Assembly: GCF_026571515.1 (NCBI RefSeq)
Contig: NW_026865113.1
Coordinates: 62,001-126,000 of the forward strand
Reading direction: 5' to 3'
DNA: 64,000 nt
From: Ruditapes philippinarum
Lineage: Eukaryota
The notes beneath the pieces were generated by a model that saw nothing but the letters and a program-made list of their open reading frames with translations, was not told where the DNA came from and did no database searches. Made by a program: the position numbers and the translations under genes. Position 1 is the stretch's first letter; each line of letters starts with the position of its first letter. This document shows, one piece after another, positions 25,220 to 39,900 of the stretch.

Positions 25220-25370
25220 TGTCAACATGACCTTGTTATTCTCTGCCTGATGATTGTTGTTTTTGAAATCGGCATACTATTTGAATTCGGTGATTTCTAC
25301 GTCACAGTTTTAGATTGTGCTAAAACTGCAGCTGTCCAATCACTTGTTATTGGAATTATTTTGGGTCCAG
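25220..25370 (+). pseudogene. Orphan degenerate MCT exon-2 homologue
   Basis: DLVILCLMIVVFEIGILFEFGDFYVTVLDCAKTAAVQSLVIGIILGPG aligns with exon 2 of both MCT copies (..STTATVQSLLLGVTLSFG) with an internal deletion; AG before it and GT at the same phase after it. Confidence 0.6.
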
Positions 25371-27803
25371 GTCCTCGTGTTCAAAAACTGTCTTTTTTAT
25401 GTTATGTATAAAATTATTTAAATAAAAAATTATTGAAAGTGAAAATAATACTGTATGGCCCTATTTTGATAAATTTTAGTGTCAACTCACCCGACCACCT
25501 CTGAACACAAACTTCTGAAAGATAAAAATGGTACAAAATGTAATAACAATTGAAAGTCATTATTATTGTAATATACATTTTGATGATATTTATTTTTTAA
25601 TCTACTTTTTATATTTTTCAAACTTTTTCTTAAATCTAACAAATATAAAACAAAGTTGAACAAACCATTTTAGATGTTTCATAAGAGGCAATATTTAACT
25701 TACATTTTGATGCCAATATAAATTAAATATTTCTTTACATTATTTATGAAAAAAATATTAGTATTGAAAAGTAAGCATGTATATAGAATTTCACTAAAGT
25801 AATATTTGACTTTAATCTTACAAAATGAAGCAAGGCAGTCAACAATACATTACAGTAAACATGTAACATGTTAAGCTCTACGATGTCATGTCCCATATTT
25901 TTTCAATTATCCAAATAGCATCTCTATTGCCATTCCACCGTCAATATAAGGAAAGCTCATAAGTGAAAAAGTTGCCAAAATAGATCATTTACTATCAAGA
26001 TTCAAAGAGTTTCAATATATATCACTCTGATATGACGCTGGAAAACTTAAACATCGACAGGTTTACAAATTTGACAAAAACAAAATGAATGGAAAGCACT
26101 CCAAAAAACATGTCCTTTTTTCAAACACTGGTTATAATTTTATAATTTAGAATGATGTTATACTAATAAAAAATTGTGGTACATGCACTTGACTTACCTC
26201 CGATCTGATTTCTTAAGTTTATAGGGATTTTTACAACCAGTATCCAACATAACCATATGGGGAATTTATCGTGCAACACCTGCAATGTGTACATTGCTAC
26301 CAATTACGAAATACCAAGAATTGCACTGAGTTGACTTTGTGTATATACATTGCTGCCACACAGATATGCTTTAAATGAATGATCATACAAGTAACACATA
26401 TTTATACATATAAAGGTATAATTAGAGTGTATACCTAACAATGAAACTTCAAACTTTTATTATCAACTGAATACTTTTGACAAGTTCAATATCGTACAGG
26501 ACTTGTTAAGCTATATCAAACAATGAAAACAAAATCAGCATCATTTGATCCTGATCTATTGTTAGTGAACCCTGAACCTGAACAGCGAAATACACCCAAC
26601 CAACCGAGTTCTGAGATCGTCAGCTGTAAGTTATATACAGTGCCACTGGCAAGAATACGTGCTGACGAATTTATTTGAACAAATTATGTAATATAAAGCA
26701 ACATGTAGATCAAAAGTAGTTTGGTAATTTCTTTGTTTGCTGTATATACAGTAATAGTGTATATATTCAGATTTGTTGATAGGAACATATCAGCGGATGA
26801 TTCAAACTTCAATTGTTTTACCATTCCGATACTATCGATCGTGGATGATAGCTTGTACTTTTCAGTACTATCTATGAACAAGCTCAATCAAACCGAGCAA
26901 ACCCAGACTTTCTTTAAACCCAGCCGCAACATTTTTCAATTGTGCTGTTTTGATAATATGACAAATCCATGTTTCTTTACCTATATTTTCATGCCAATTA
27001 CTGTATTAAACAGAGTAGTTTACTATTAACAATTTATTACTTTTGAAACACTTTGGTGCAAACATTTAAAATAGGGTGTAAATTTTAGTTATGTTTAAAC
27101 GATTATTCTTTTCAGTACTTCCTAGGAAAAGGGATCAAAATGTCAAATACGTGTTTAGAATGGGAGAAATAGGGTAGCATTTTTTATACTTATTTCAAAC
27201 ATATTCAGTAGAAACGATCGATCATATAGCATGCTATTATTTGTTTATTAACAATAATAACTAGAAACAAAATTTTTTCATAAAGGGTTAATATTTCCCG
27301 ATCATTTTAAAATATCCTAAATTTTTTGAAAAAAAATTCCCCTTTTTTAAAATTTTTATAATTTTTTATTTTGTTTTTGTTCAGAAAAGTTTCCATAAAT
27401 CCAGTAAATAAGGGTTGCCTGTTCCATGGTATTGAGGTTTTCTTCTTTAATTTTGTAACAGCTTAAAAAAATACTGGGCACAAAAAAAATATTCATTATA
27501 TGTTAAAAATGAATTAAAATGAAACCCATATTTTTTCACAAATTTGGGTTTTTTATTTTTAAACTTTTTTACCAAACGATTGGGCCCAATTTTTTTTCAT
27601 AAAAAGGGATGTCCCTTTTGGGAACACAAAAAAAAATTTTTAAAGTAAGAAAACCCCCAAAAGTTTTGGGAAAAAACCAAAAATTTTTTGTAAGTTAAAA
27701 TAGATCATAATGTATAATATAAAATGAGTTTTGATTTAAAAATGGCCTACTTTAGGCCGTTCTAACGTTTTTAATTATTTTTGCTTATCACATGCTAGTT
27801 ATA

Positions 27804-29221
27804 TACTGAACAAATAAAGAAACTTCCCCTGTGTTTACAATGGAGATAAAGTGTTATTTAAAAAAAGGCAAAATGTCGAATGAGCTTATTCGGGGGTACA
27901 ATTATGTGTCCGATAAAACAAATTTTAAACTCGATTTTAACTCAATGGCAGGTTTTGAAACCAGTTGTATAATTTTTTATGTAAAGAAGAAGAAGTTGAT
28001 TTTTTTTTTAAGTTTTCTTAATTTTTTTGATATGCCTAGAATTCCACAAAAATTTACGCGAACGTGCTACTGGCATGCTCAATTCTGGAAAAACGATGAA
28101 TGCCGTCGCTTTAATTATACTGGGTGTTCTACTCTTCTATTTAATACCCTTAAAACCCAAAGTTTTTCCCAAACAAAAAGGACGTAAAAATATCGACGGG
28201 GCCCTAGTGGGGCCTTTCCCCGCGGCCCCGACGGGGGTGCGTAAGAACAAACCCCCCTTTCCCCCAATTTGGGTTCCAAACTGCACAGCTAAGACTGCTA
28301 ACACCCCCACTTAAAGATATCAAAAAATATATCTGCGCCAAAACAAATGCCCCCGAGGGTGGGGAACATGGACGTTTGACTCCCCTTGGTTTTGTGTTTT
28401 AGGGAGAGGGCGGCCCCCCGGTTAATTGTTTAGCACTAACAAAGAAAGCTGGCCCTTTGAACCCAAAAATTTGGGAAAAGCGTTTTTTTTTTTCCCGGTT
28501 TGTCCCGGTTTTTCCCTTCTTTGAAACTGATAGCAGGGTTTGAGTTACACCGTGAGAGTAATGAACGTACTTGAAGGGGGTCGTTTTGGGGGTAGGGATT
28601 CTGTCTTGGTCTTGGTAGGTATCGCACATGGCTTTCGCAGTACTCCTGTCGTTGTCGAGGGAGATTTGAATGCCCAACGTTACCGAGATGAAATTCTTGC
28701 GAGGCATATCATCCTACTTTTTCAAATAATGCCAATATTAATCTTTTAAACATGATGATGCCACAAACCATACAGCTGGGGACACTGTGAATTACCTCAG
28801 GGCGAATAACATTACATTTATTGACTGGACTGCCAAAATCCCTGATCTCATTCCCATTGAACACCTTTGGGAGAATTCAGACCAGCGTGTTAGACATCGC
28901 CCTATTCCACCGTCCAACGTCATTCAGCTAGGGCAAGCCTTAATTCAGGAATAGAACAACATTTCATTTCACAAGCCGAAATCAATACGCTAATCCAGTC
29001 TATGCGCCAACAATACCAGACAGTCCTTCAAGCTGAAGGTGGTCATACACAATATTAATTTGTCATTTTGTTTTAACTACTATTTCACTACTTTTGGATA
29101 AACCCTCACAAAAATCGCATTAAAGTAGTCTTTCCATACATATAAATATATTTCAATCCTGAATTTCATATTTGTGTATATCTGCACTTAAATACAGGGG
29201 AAGTTTCTATTTTGTTCATTA
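27804..29221 (+). mobile_element. Tc1-like transposon with disrupted transposase (28032-29058)
   Basis: TIR TACTGAACAAA..AGAAACTTCCCCTGT at both ends with TA flanks. MPRIPQ/NLRERATGML; EGDLNAQRYRDEIL; HDDATNHTA; WTAKIPDLIPIEHLW; GGHTQY*. Many indels, partly from noisy sequence. Confidence 0.88.
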
Positions 29222-30000
29222 TAGCTTAAAACATATATTTATATTAGCGACACGTACTTAGCGACACGTACGTATCACGTGTATTAATGTCAATTTAACT
29301 GGCATATTTCTTTGCGTGTATTAGGTTATTATATAAAATGATTTTTATTTTAAAATTTAATTTCCTTTACATTTGAACTCGAATCGTGCGTTATTCTATA
29401 TACAACAGTGCATTCATAATTGAATATATATATATATATTCTTAACATGATAAAAAATATCGTTACAAAATCATATGAATTATACAGATCCAGGTGCTAG
29501 GTGACCGGTGAAAAATGATTAATGCTACATGGACATAGATTGATACGTGGTTGAGATGATTCCTGTCAGTCCCGAAGTCGCCGGTTTAAGATGACCTTGC
29601 TTCTTCAAGTAATATTATTATTTTGTTAGTGGAAGATATGAAAGGATGCTAAATCAATCAATCAGCATATACATCGTTGATCTCCTCCTCATTACTATGC
29701 AATGGTCAAAGTTACCCGTGTGCATTAATTACTGTATGTTATTAATAGTAAAAATTTAGAAACACGAACTTTGATTAAGATTTACTTTAATTAAGTCCCA
29801 AATCAAAAAGGTCTAATGATATATAGTACATGTTGTAACCACAATAAATCGACAAACAGTGGTCGGTAATAATACATTGTGATGTGATTTAAAAAGGATT
29901 AGCAATATGATGACTTAACTGCTCAAACAACGATTTAAAAAGGATAAACAAAATGATGAATTTGATTTGATACTTAAATAACAAGTGAAAAGATACAGCC

Positions 30001-33000
30001 ATGATTGAAAGGTACAAACAGTAATTCTATGCTGAAATATAAGAATAATGGCTTAGATTGAAATTTTAAATCTTATTTGTTGATTTCACCTTCTTCGAAA
30101 ATCTTTAATTAAACAGTTTGTTATTACAAAACGTACATCAATATACATGTTTTAAGCAAGGAAAGCTGTATCAAATGCTTGATAAATTCACATAATAGTA
30201 TTATAAATCGATTGAAATCATAAAATTTTCCAATATAGATTAAAGATAATAATTCAACAACATGTTTTTATCTCATCAGGACGAATAAAGAGCTTATATA
30301 CCTATTCTCATTGATTGTGGTTCTTCTAGAGTTTGGTGGTGTATTTGCGTTTGGAGCTGCCTTTGTCGCTCTTCTAGAAAAATATCAAAGAGATCGATCA
30401 ACTACTGCTACAGTGCAATCAATCATGATTGGAGTTACTTTAAGCTTTGGTACTTATACTTTCTTTGCTATCACTGACATTCACAAATATCACAAATATA
30501 CATAACTGTTATTCTGGGATGATATGTTAAGACATTTTAAGCAAATATCTTGAAACGGAAAAATGTCTAAGTCTTGAAACGGGTCGATTTCCGTTGTTTT
30601 TTGTAACTTAACTTCTTTCCTTAGCATATTGCAGGTCACCCATATTGCAGGACGAGATGATGCGTCACACAACGCGAAATGTTGTGCACCGTACCTCACA
30701 AGATTTTCTTTACGTAATGTTCATGGGGAATAAATTTGATAAACAATTCAAATGATATTATTCAAACTGGCTTATTTATGTGGATAGTTTATCGAAGTCT
30801 TCCTTTTTGTTTCCGTTACATTTATAAAATAAATGCAATTTAAGTTAGTTTTAGTATAACCACCGTCACATACAAAATTTTTACTACACATGTCATATGA
30901 ATTAATTTTATGTTCGATTGCAAGTTAAGTGCTTAATCTCTATGCGTGTATTAGATACTTTTTTGAAATATTTATTATTTTGAAAAATAACCATATTGAT
31001 TTATTACAAACATAAATTAATCAGACAAAATACTTCGCAAGTTTAAGAGATATATTGGATTCAATTTCCTGTTTTCAGGTGTTGTAAGTGGCACTCTAAT
31101 AAGTCGATTAGGACTACCATTGGTACTTTTGGTATCGTGTATTCTGGTTCCAGCCGGATATTGCTCTTCTTTCTTTGCCACCAGAATAGAGCATCTCTAT
31201 GTCAGTATCGGCATTGTATCAGGTAGGTAAACAAACGTTTAATTTTGTTTACAAACAGAACAAAGAGATCAAAATATGATGTATGTCCGGTTTTCTTTTA
31301 TATAATTACAAGTAAACTTGTGTTTATTTAATCAAGTGAAGTAATAGTATGCTAAATGACATGGCCACAGTCATGTGTATGATCATCAGATTTGTCATAA
31401 ACATTAACAGTTTTGCAAAGGAGGTTTAAATATTTTAATTGGTATATAACTACCATCGCATTTTGTTCTTTAAGAACAAATATTTTGTAGATCACTTGTT
31501 ATGATACAATTGGAAATACATGGAGTAGATAACTAGTAAGAACTAAAGCATTTGTTTAAATTAATACCCTCAAAATTCTCAAATGGGTTACCGGTAGAAT
31601 CAAAGCATTGAAGGCACTGAATTTGTTTAGGTCATAAATAGCTTAAGGTTTTCAGAGTACCTGTTTATACTGTAACATGTCATGAACGCTGAAGACAGAC
31701 CTGTATGGAAAGCCCACCAATCGTGCTAGGAATCTGACACGCTCGTATACATTCATCAAGCATGCTATGTTGTAAAGTGAAGAATATCCCATGAAAACCA
31801 TGTTAGTCGGTTGATAATAAGTCAAATATCAAGATATAGAAACTTATTAATAGTTTCCGATAGGTAAAAAACATTCAGGACTTGGTAATCATCTTGATAA
31901 AATGTTTCACCAGGTGATTACGAGATTTAACCGCCGACCAATAATGATTACATCATACTGATTATTCAATATAGACTGCAGTTCTTATCCGATCTATAAT
32001 GCTTAAGCATAAGAAGAAAGATCAACAATGCAAGGACGACGTTCGCTAAACGCTGAGCCGACACACCACAAACACACTGGTACGGCAAACAGAAGGCACC
32101 GAACCAAACACCAGATTTGTTACAATTAACAATTTAATAAGAAAAATTATCTAAAAAAAATGAAATGGGGTGATAGGGAATTAAAGGGACAAGAATGGGG
32201 TGTAAGGAAAGGGGGTATGGAACCGAAGTATTTATGATTTACGATTCGTTTCTACTTAACAGATTACATTATCTTCCATTTCAGGAATAGGCGTTTCGTT
32301 GGGATACATCAGTTCTGTTGTTGTAGTTGGCAGAATGTTCAAAGGAAAGAAAAGAGTTTTGTATTTATCAATACAGACTGCAATCAGTTCATTATCAGGA
32401 CTTATTTACCCATACATTTTGGAGTGGTTAATTGGATCTTATGGTCTAAATGGAACGTTCCTACTTCTTGGTGCGATTTACAGTAACAAGATTCCGTTCT
32501 TAATTCTGTGTATAACAAATCGAAAATCACTTACCACCGATGTAGCCTCAAAGAATGACGTAAATACAATCTGTGAAAAAGAAAACCCCATCAACAAAGC
32601 AAAGAAAAACGCCATTCTAGACAGCATTCAAAATTTCAAACAAATGATGAACATTACATTTTCTTTAATTCTTTTAGCATCAGGAGTTTCAGTGGCTGGT
32701 ATAAATGGATTTATAGGTCTTGTACTTGATATAACCTTATGGAAAGGTTTCACAAATTCTCAGGCACTTTTCACATTCGTAATCTTCAACATCGCAAATA
32801 CTTTATCAAGACTTGTTCCAGGCTTTCTGAAACAAATAAAAGGATTTGATTCCTTCATATATCCAATAATTTCAACACTATTTGGTTTTATTGGACAGTT
32901 ATTATTCTTTTTCGGTAACAGTTACTCAGTTTTTATGACAGGGGTATGTCTTACCGGTCTGTGTATTGGCGGAATAATTTCATCTCAATTATTAGTATTG

Positions 33001-34662
33001 GTGGAAATAGTAAGACCTGAGAATATTCCTGTAGCCTCGGGACTACTTTTAACGGTGACCGGCATTATATCTGTGTCTACAGGACCAGTCTTTGGTAAGT
33101 CAAAACTCCTGTATGTAATATAAATTGTCTTTAACTGCCGCTATAAATAATACCAATATATTTTAAGGAACTCCACTGAGGTCTAAAAGCTTCAAAACGA
33201 TTTTTTTTATTTCTTACATAGATCGGCTGAATAAAGATATGCAAAATATAAGAAAGAAATATTCTCAGAAATAAATTTAAAATTGTATTTTTGTGCTACT
33301 CTTATCCCGATTTGAGTGAAAAGCGCTTGTAATGCATTTTGAAAATTGTATTTTTGTGCTACTCTTATCCCGATTTCAGTGAAAAGCGTTTTAACGCCTT
33401 TTTAACTTGGGTCATTTTTCACAATTACAATAATCATTCTGAAAAAAAAAACGGAGTGAGCGAATGATCTGAGATTTTGCACACTTGTTATTGGGTTAGA
33501 TCTACATCAAATAGAATAAATACGTAGATTGATAACAATACGATCATACTGAGCAATCCTACAAATCAATGTTTGATATTTTTTATTACAAATTAAGAAA
33601 GATATGGCACACAAGTTATTCAAGATTAGTTGCAGGTTTATGTTTTAAATATTAATGCCTATGTTTAAGATTAGGACATTTTAACATCGTTCATCGTAAT
33701 AGCAATATATGTTCACAACTTTTTATATAGATTTAAGGATTTAAAGATGTAATTGTAAATTAAGAATCATTTGCTTTGCTTTTTGACATTTCTATAAGAT
33801 GCTCGCTAAGGATGTAAGAAATCTAGGGTTCGAATCCGGTTTCTAGCAAATGAAAATAGTTTAGTGTCTTTTCAGTGATATGAACATTATTTTCAATAAG
33901 CAAGATATGTAACGAACAAGTGTGGCTGTGTTTTTTAGTAGAAAAAAGGTGTCCATAACTGTTATTTGGACGCAACCAAGAAAAATTTCATATGCATCAA
34001 ATTTAAACTGTTGTTGCCAAAAATCTAATGTTTTGTATTTTAACCATTTGTTTAAATATTTTAAATTGAATTTAAGTTTTACTAGATGCCCTGCACGGTA
34101 AACATTGTTTAAAGCAATGATAGTCATTTTGCTTATTGTGTAAGTCTAAAATAAAAATAAAGATGTAAAAAATTTCTCCAAAACTTATTTCATATTCATT
34201 TGAAAAGATTTCCTCTAAATATGCAACGTTGGCAAAACTGAAAAGTAGAGTTATTGGACACACAAAAAATAGATGGCGAAATTTAAAAGTTGTCTTGTAC
34301 TATCTTGAATGAAAAGCTGATGTCTATGTTTGCCTTTTAGAATCAATTACCCAAACTATTCTCGCTGTTATTATACTGATGTGAGCGATAATTCAAAAAT
34401 GTGATTTAAAATTGTATATATCTACTTTGATAATATATTATATTACCGACATTAATCTTTTTCTATTTGCATTTCAGGAAAGCTCAGGGATATTTTTGGC
34501 AGCTACGGTATAGTAGTTCTAACTATTGCTTGTCTACAAGTTATAGCAACAGTACTATTCTGTATTGCTTTAATATACAGGCGTATAGATACCAATAAAA
34601 AGAAGAAAATACAACAAAAAAGAAGAAACACGGTTTTCGCTATTACAGTATCGGAACTATGA
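30001..34662 (+). CDS. MFS transporter, SLC16/MCT-like, copy B (439 aa)
   Basis: Exons 30001-30011, 30280-30449, 31079-31222, 32285-33094, 34478-34662 give 1320 nt in frame; exons 1-4 have the same lengths (11/170/144/810) as in copy A. Confidence 0.9.
33279..33390. repeat. 63-bp period tandem duplication
   Basis: AAAATTGTATTTTTGTGCTACTCTTATCCCGATTT(G/C)AGTGAAAAGCG twice. Confidence 0.8.
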
Positions 34663-34826
34663 AAAGAATTTTCAATTCAAGTTGCTTGAGAATTTTTTTC
34701 AAAAGCCAAACGAGTTAGTGCTAAAGCAATTCACCAAACAATGAAGTTTACGTTGTTTTTAAGTGTTTAGGGATATGATGTGCCAGCCACGTGGTACATC
34801 TACAAAGGTTGATCAGACAATAAGCA

Positions 34827-35410
34827 TGAGGGTGGGTCAATATATAATGGAATATGAAGAAGATTTTCTAATGAAGATTTTGATTCTTGTGTTTTTGTAC
34901 TCTTAGTAAACTATGCTATGCTTTAAAGCATTTGCTTTCAAATGATATCAACATCATGTGTGTAGTAAACCGATTAAGAATTTTATCCACATTTAATTAA
35001 AATACTTTACACGAGTAACTGCATGTAAAATATGCCTGTTAAACAACCAGTTAAAAGTGTTGTGATTGATTATGATTGACTAAGATGTCAGATTTTTACT
35101 TACCCAGATTGCCCACATCGCAGGGATACTAAAAGAGTAAACTCTACGATTTTGTAGAATCACTTGCAAGTTAAGCGAATAACTGCCAGATGGATATCCC
35201 ATTTTCTAGCATCTAACAAGGAGGAGCGAATAAATGCCCTCGAAAATTCTAGGAAATGATTCCTTAATATGACAGTGCCCGTTTACCTTATATTGCGACT
35301 GGTGATGAAAGCTGGTTTTAGTATTTTACACCAGTTCGCAAGTGTAATAATAAAAATGGGCCGTCGACTATGCATTGCAAAGCGATTGACAAGTACGCTA
35401 TATTTTTCAA
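34827..35410 (+). mobile_element. Mariner-like transposon 5' remnant
   Basis: (C/T)GAGGGTGGGTCAATA terminus; decayed KRITARWI.. and IATGDESWF (first catalytic D motif). Confidence 0.7.
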
Positions 35411-36820
35411 AACCCCTGTAACCGTTTTCAAAATTCCTGTTTCTTGGTCATTCTGTTACATCCAAGTACATGTATTTCATCATTGTAAAGGTTTTTCTAT
35501 ACTTTATTTCGGGACTTTGTAATGCTTTTAAGTCCCTGATCACACATATATTTTAAGTTCTTATTTGTAATTAAAAATGTTAAGATAATTGCAGGTTTTA
35601 TGTCATTACTATGTATTTGGTGTCTAAAGACGTAACGAAATGTTCGCAATACACTAAATTATCGTTATCAGCTAATATGTGTGCGTGCAAATGTCAAAGT
35701 TCAAGATTAATTATGCATATACTTGATCGGATGATATTTTAACTTTTGGTGCATGTGTGTACATAATTTTATCTTTGATAGCTGCACGTATTTGTCAATG
35801 TCCTCCATGATGACGAGCCTTGAGGAATTCATTTTTCAGCTAATTGTTCAATCTCCATGTTCCAGATATTGTCTACTGTACAGTGTATGTCATTTCCACG
35901 TTTGTGTACTTAAAGATGAATTATTCAGAAACAAAAAACAAGAATTTTTAAAAGAGCGTTTTAAACAAAGTGATAACGATTTATGCTGAACGCAAGTGAG
36001 TCCGGTCGCAGCTATCGAAGGTTGCACTCGGTTATGAACGACTTAGTTTTGTCAAGTGAGAAACCATTTCGGTTATAAAGCTTTAAAAAATGGAGGAATA
36101 GGGTATCTTGTTTTAAGAGTTTTTTTTATTTCACGTTTTATTTTATTATTTTTTTTATTATTATTACTATTTTCTTTAAACTTTCTGGTATGTAATAAAG
36201 TTCGCATATGCATCAGAAAAAATCCCACCTTCACTAAATTGAGCTCGCGATGACGAGCTTACAAAGCATTGAGGCAAAGAATTGATTCACTGACACATTT
36301 GTCAGAGGTTGAATTACTGAAGTATATATCCTCGTAAATCTTTATACATGATGTTTACCACGATGAATGTACATGTATGATTCTATAACGGATGGTCTGT
36401 AAACGGTAGACTGTTATTTTTTTTTATCTTTAAAAAAAATACACAATGTACTTAAGACTTCCAACAACAGATTGCGCATGTGCGAAACAAATGCTCAACA
36501 TACTAAAACTTGCAGTTTATGGTGCTAGAATTGTTGAGTGATCGTGCATGTGTTTGTTTATTTTAGACGTTTGACAGATGACTGAGATTTCACCGTGTAA
36601 CTGAATGTGTGCCGTATTGGTATCTCTTGCTTAAAAAAGAAATGAAAACACTTTTATCCAGTTTTATATATTCTATTTCTGTCTTTTAGATGACATTGAT
36701 GAAACAAAGAATACAAATTTAGAAAGGAAATTTCATACATAAACATTGCTTTAGACACTAATGACAAAATAAATGCACAATGGATAATATATGACAAGAT
36801 ATAGTGAATTAAATGAAGAA

Positions 36821-36906
36821 TGTCTTTATATGAGACTATTCAAAATACGAGAAGCTTGATTTGTCTTTATATGAGACTACTCCAAACACGAGAGGCTTGA
36901 TTTGTC
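36821..36906. repeat. 41-bp tandem duplication overlapping the last exon of the unknown gene
   Basis: TGTCTTTATATGAGACTA(T/C)TC(A/C)AAA(T/C)ACGAGA(A/G)GCTTGATT twice. Confidence 0.8.
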
Positions 36907-39900
36907 CTGAAATTAGAATGGAAATTAGGCACATAAAATATCATACAATGTAAATGTCGATAAACTGATGGAAAACAAAAATCGTAATCGTAGTAATGGT
37001 TTTATTTTGTAGGGCTACAAAATCAGATAGCACTACTTGTCATAAGGTTGTCTGGGTCGAACATTTACATGTTTTATATATGGGCATATTACTAATAGGT
37101 ATAATTCTTGCTTAAATGAGTCCATATTTTAAAAGATCGAAACATTTTACGAACAATTTACGTCTAAATACGACTTCTAAATACAAATGTACATTAACAT
37201 GATAGGTTGCCTTGCCTCTGTTAACCTCAGTTATCGCATTATGCGCATATTGGAAATAGTATTAAAGAAAACTTATTTAAAGTGCTACAGTCAAAGTTAT
37301 ATTACACACCTGTAAGCCTAGTCTGTTCGCGGCCTCTTCAAGCAGTGTCCACTGTTCTTGTGCTACAAATATAAAATATATACATGCATGTTTTGTTTTG
37401 TGAATACTTTATAAAACGTAAACAAAAGAGGACTTCAGAAGTGTACTTCCTTAAGTTAATTGATAAGGTGCCCCAAGTGGTCTTTTTTAAATAAACAAAA
37501 CGTATGTTTAAATAAGAATATTAAGGTTTCTATAGAAATTTTTTATGTAGAATGTAAAAAGATCTCTTAATATGAAAAAATACCGATTACATAAAGATTT
37601 CCATAGAATTTAGCCGAGAAATAATTTTCGCATTTTCCCTGATTCCCATTAAACATATCACAAGTTTGATACTGCTTCACATAATGTTTCCACATGTTTC
37701 GAAATTAGTATAATTTTATAGTCTAAAATGTATACAGACTTTACTGAAAAGTCTTGTTTTATATTGTACTAGTTTTGTAATTTAAGGAACAAAAAAAACT
37801 TACGCAACACGTTTTCTACTATTGAACTAAATTCAGAAATATCCGCCGTGGAAAGGAAATATTCGTATTTAGAATACTGTTCCACACTTTTTGCAATGAC
37901 GAATTTGATCCCCTGACAAACTGTTTCCAGTGCTTCGTTATTTCTGAACTCCGGCTGGTGCCCAGGGATAGCCATGTTGATATAATTGGACAGGAAACCA
38001 ATCACCTTCAAACAAATATGCTCCGTTTCCATTGTAGTAAACCTAGGATGAAATAAAGTCGTTTGATTAGTTTAATTATAATAGCAAAACATCTCTTTAG
38101 CTAATGCTTCTGCTAAAACAAAAACAACAACAACAAAAACAACAAAAAAACCACGAAAGTACGGATTTTTTTTTATTTCTCAAAAGCTTTTTATTTTTGA
38201 TGTTTGAATACTTTTATCATTGGCCAATTTCCTGGATTTCCTTTTTGAGCAATTAGTGTAGTACAGTTAGTGAATTAAGATTTTTTATCAATGATCCTGT
38301 AACACTTTTTTTATGGTTTTATATCATTAATATAATTCTCAAATGAAGAGTTATCAAATATTGTAAGTTCCAAAAAGCATTATTTGTTAAGATATTACCG
38401 AATTTACATTTCATGTTAATAAATAAAGGTAATTAGAAATTTGTTTTCCATAAAGTCCAAGTCAAATTTTTCAATAAGAAATGAACGCATATATTTTAAT
38501 GATTACATATACATGTATATAATGTGGATAAATATTTGCAGTAGATACTTTATATATTCTCCGATGTTTGAAAATTGTTTTAGAAGCATAATTATATTTC
38601 ACTTAAATGTGGTTACAACCTAAATTACAACATACAGGATCTTTAAATGTATGGCATTTTTATTTTGCTCCTTTTATGACAAATAATTTCAGATTCAGCG
38701 CGATAAGCATGTAACATGCTAGAAATCTATCAGTTTATTTAAAATGTTATCAATCTCATGTTTGCCCTGTTATAAGGACAATGGTGCAATTAGCTGAATA
38801 GTCCGTTATAAAATCTTATATGTTGACGGGAATAAGGTAAATAAGTTATTTGGAAGACATAATTATACTTACACATCTTTGAATCGTTGAATCTCTCTAA
38901 TATGACCTTTGACAACTTCACATGTTGATGGACATTTTATTCCCGCAAAAGCAGACTCTAGCCCCATTTTCAACTGGTCCGAATTATCTATTCCATTTAA
39001 AACGTGTTGAAAATAGTTCTGAAGTTCCTGAGAGATTTGATGTGAACCATACCCAAGATCTGTTAATAAAAATGTTTTCCTTAATTATACAAATATGTAT
39101 ATAATTATGTATTTATGATCGGAATTAATCGTGTATACGAGTAATGAAGTAGCATCTTAAGACGTACATGCATAAGGGCTTTATTTCTAGATTACAACTT
39201 GCTCCCGTTCTACATAAATTTAACATTAAACATTAAACATATTGCCAGTTGTTTCCTGAACAGCATTTTATGATTAAAATATGTCAAAAGTGTTCATTTA
39301 CCTTTATAACCAAACTGTAACAAAAAGTCCAAAGTGTCCCTGAATATGGTTTCATGTATTTCCAGGGCACCTTTCATAGCAATGTCGTCTGCAAACGGCT
39401 CCAATGCTGTATCAACCATCGGTGCCATTTTCTTGAGAAATATATAAAGTGCTTCGTCATCGTCAGAAATGAAGTGTTGTTTCTTTGCCAACAATAGTTC
39501 TGAAATAATACAATGTAAATGTCAGTGTAACAGTATCCTAACTCCCTTATCATTCTAATCAGGTTTCGAGACAAAACGGTGCAAGACTGTATTAACATTT
39601 CATAAGACCGTATATATTCAGTCAATTTTGTTCGTCCCTTATGAACATAAAACGTTTAAAGAACTCCATCCGAGGTCTGGCCAAATGTGAAAAGGGTACA
39701 TTTTCATAAACCGATATTTTTATTACTTACGTGTTAAAGGCATTGAAACAAAGTCAGTAATGAATTAATATGTGTTCTATCACTTGACAATACGTTTGAA
39801 ACTCAGTGGAGTTCCTTTAATATCTTATATGTATTGATTACATTAAAACAAATATTGATAGTACAAATAAAATGAGATGGATACATACTAGTTAATCCCA

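Noticed and set aside
25450-27180. Possible decayed transposase on the minus strand (DDLRTRLVGC-like fragments; CCCTATTT ends)
   Set aside because: Too degenerate to assign; the terminal match is only 8 bp.
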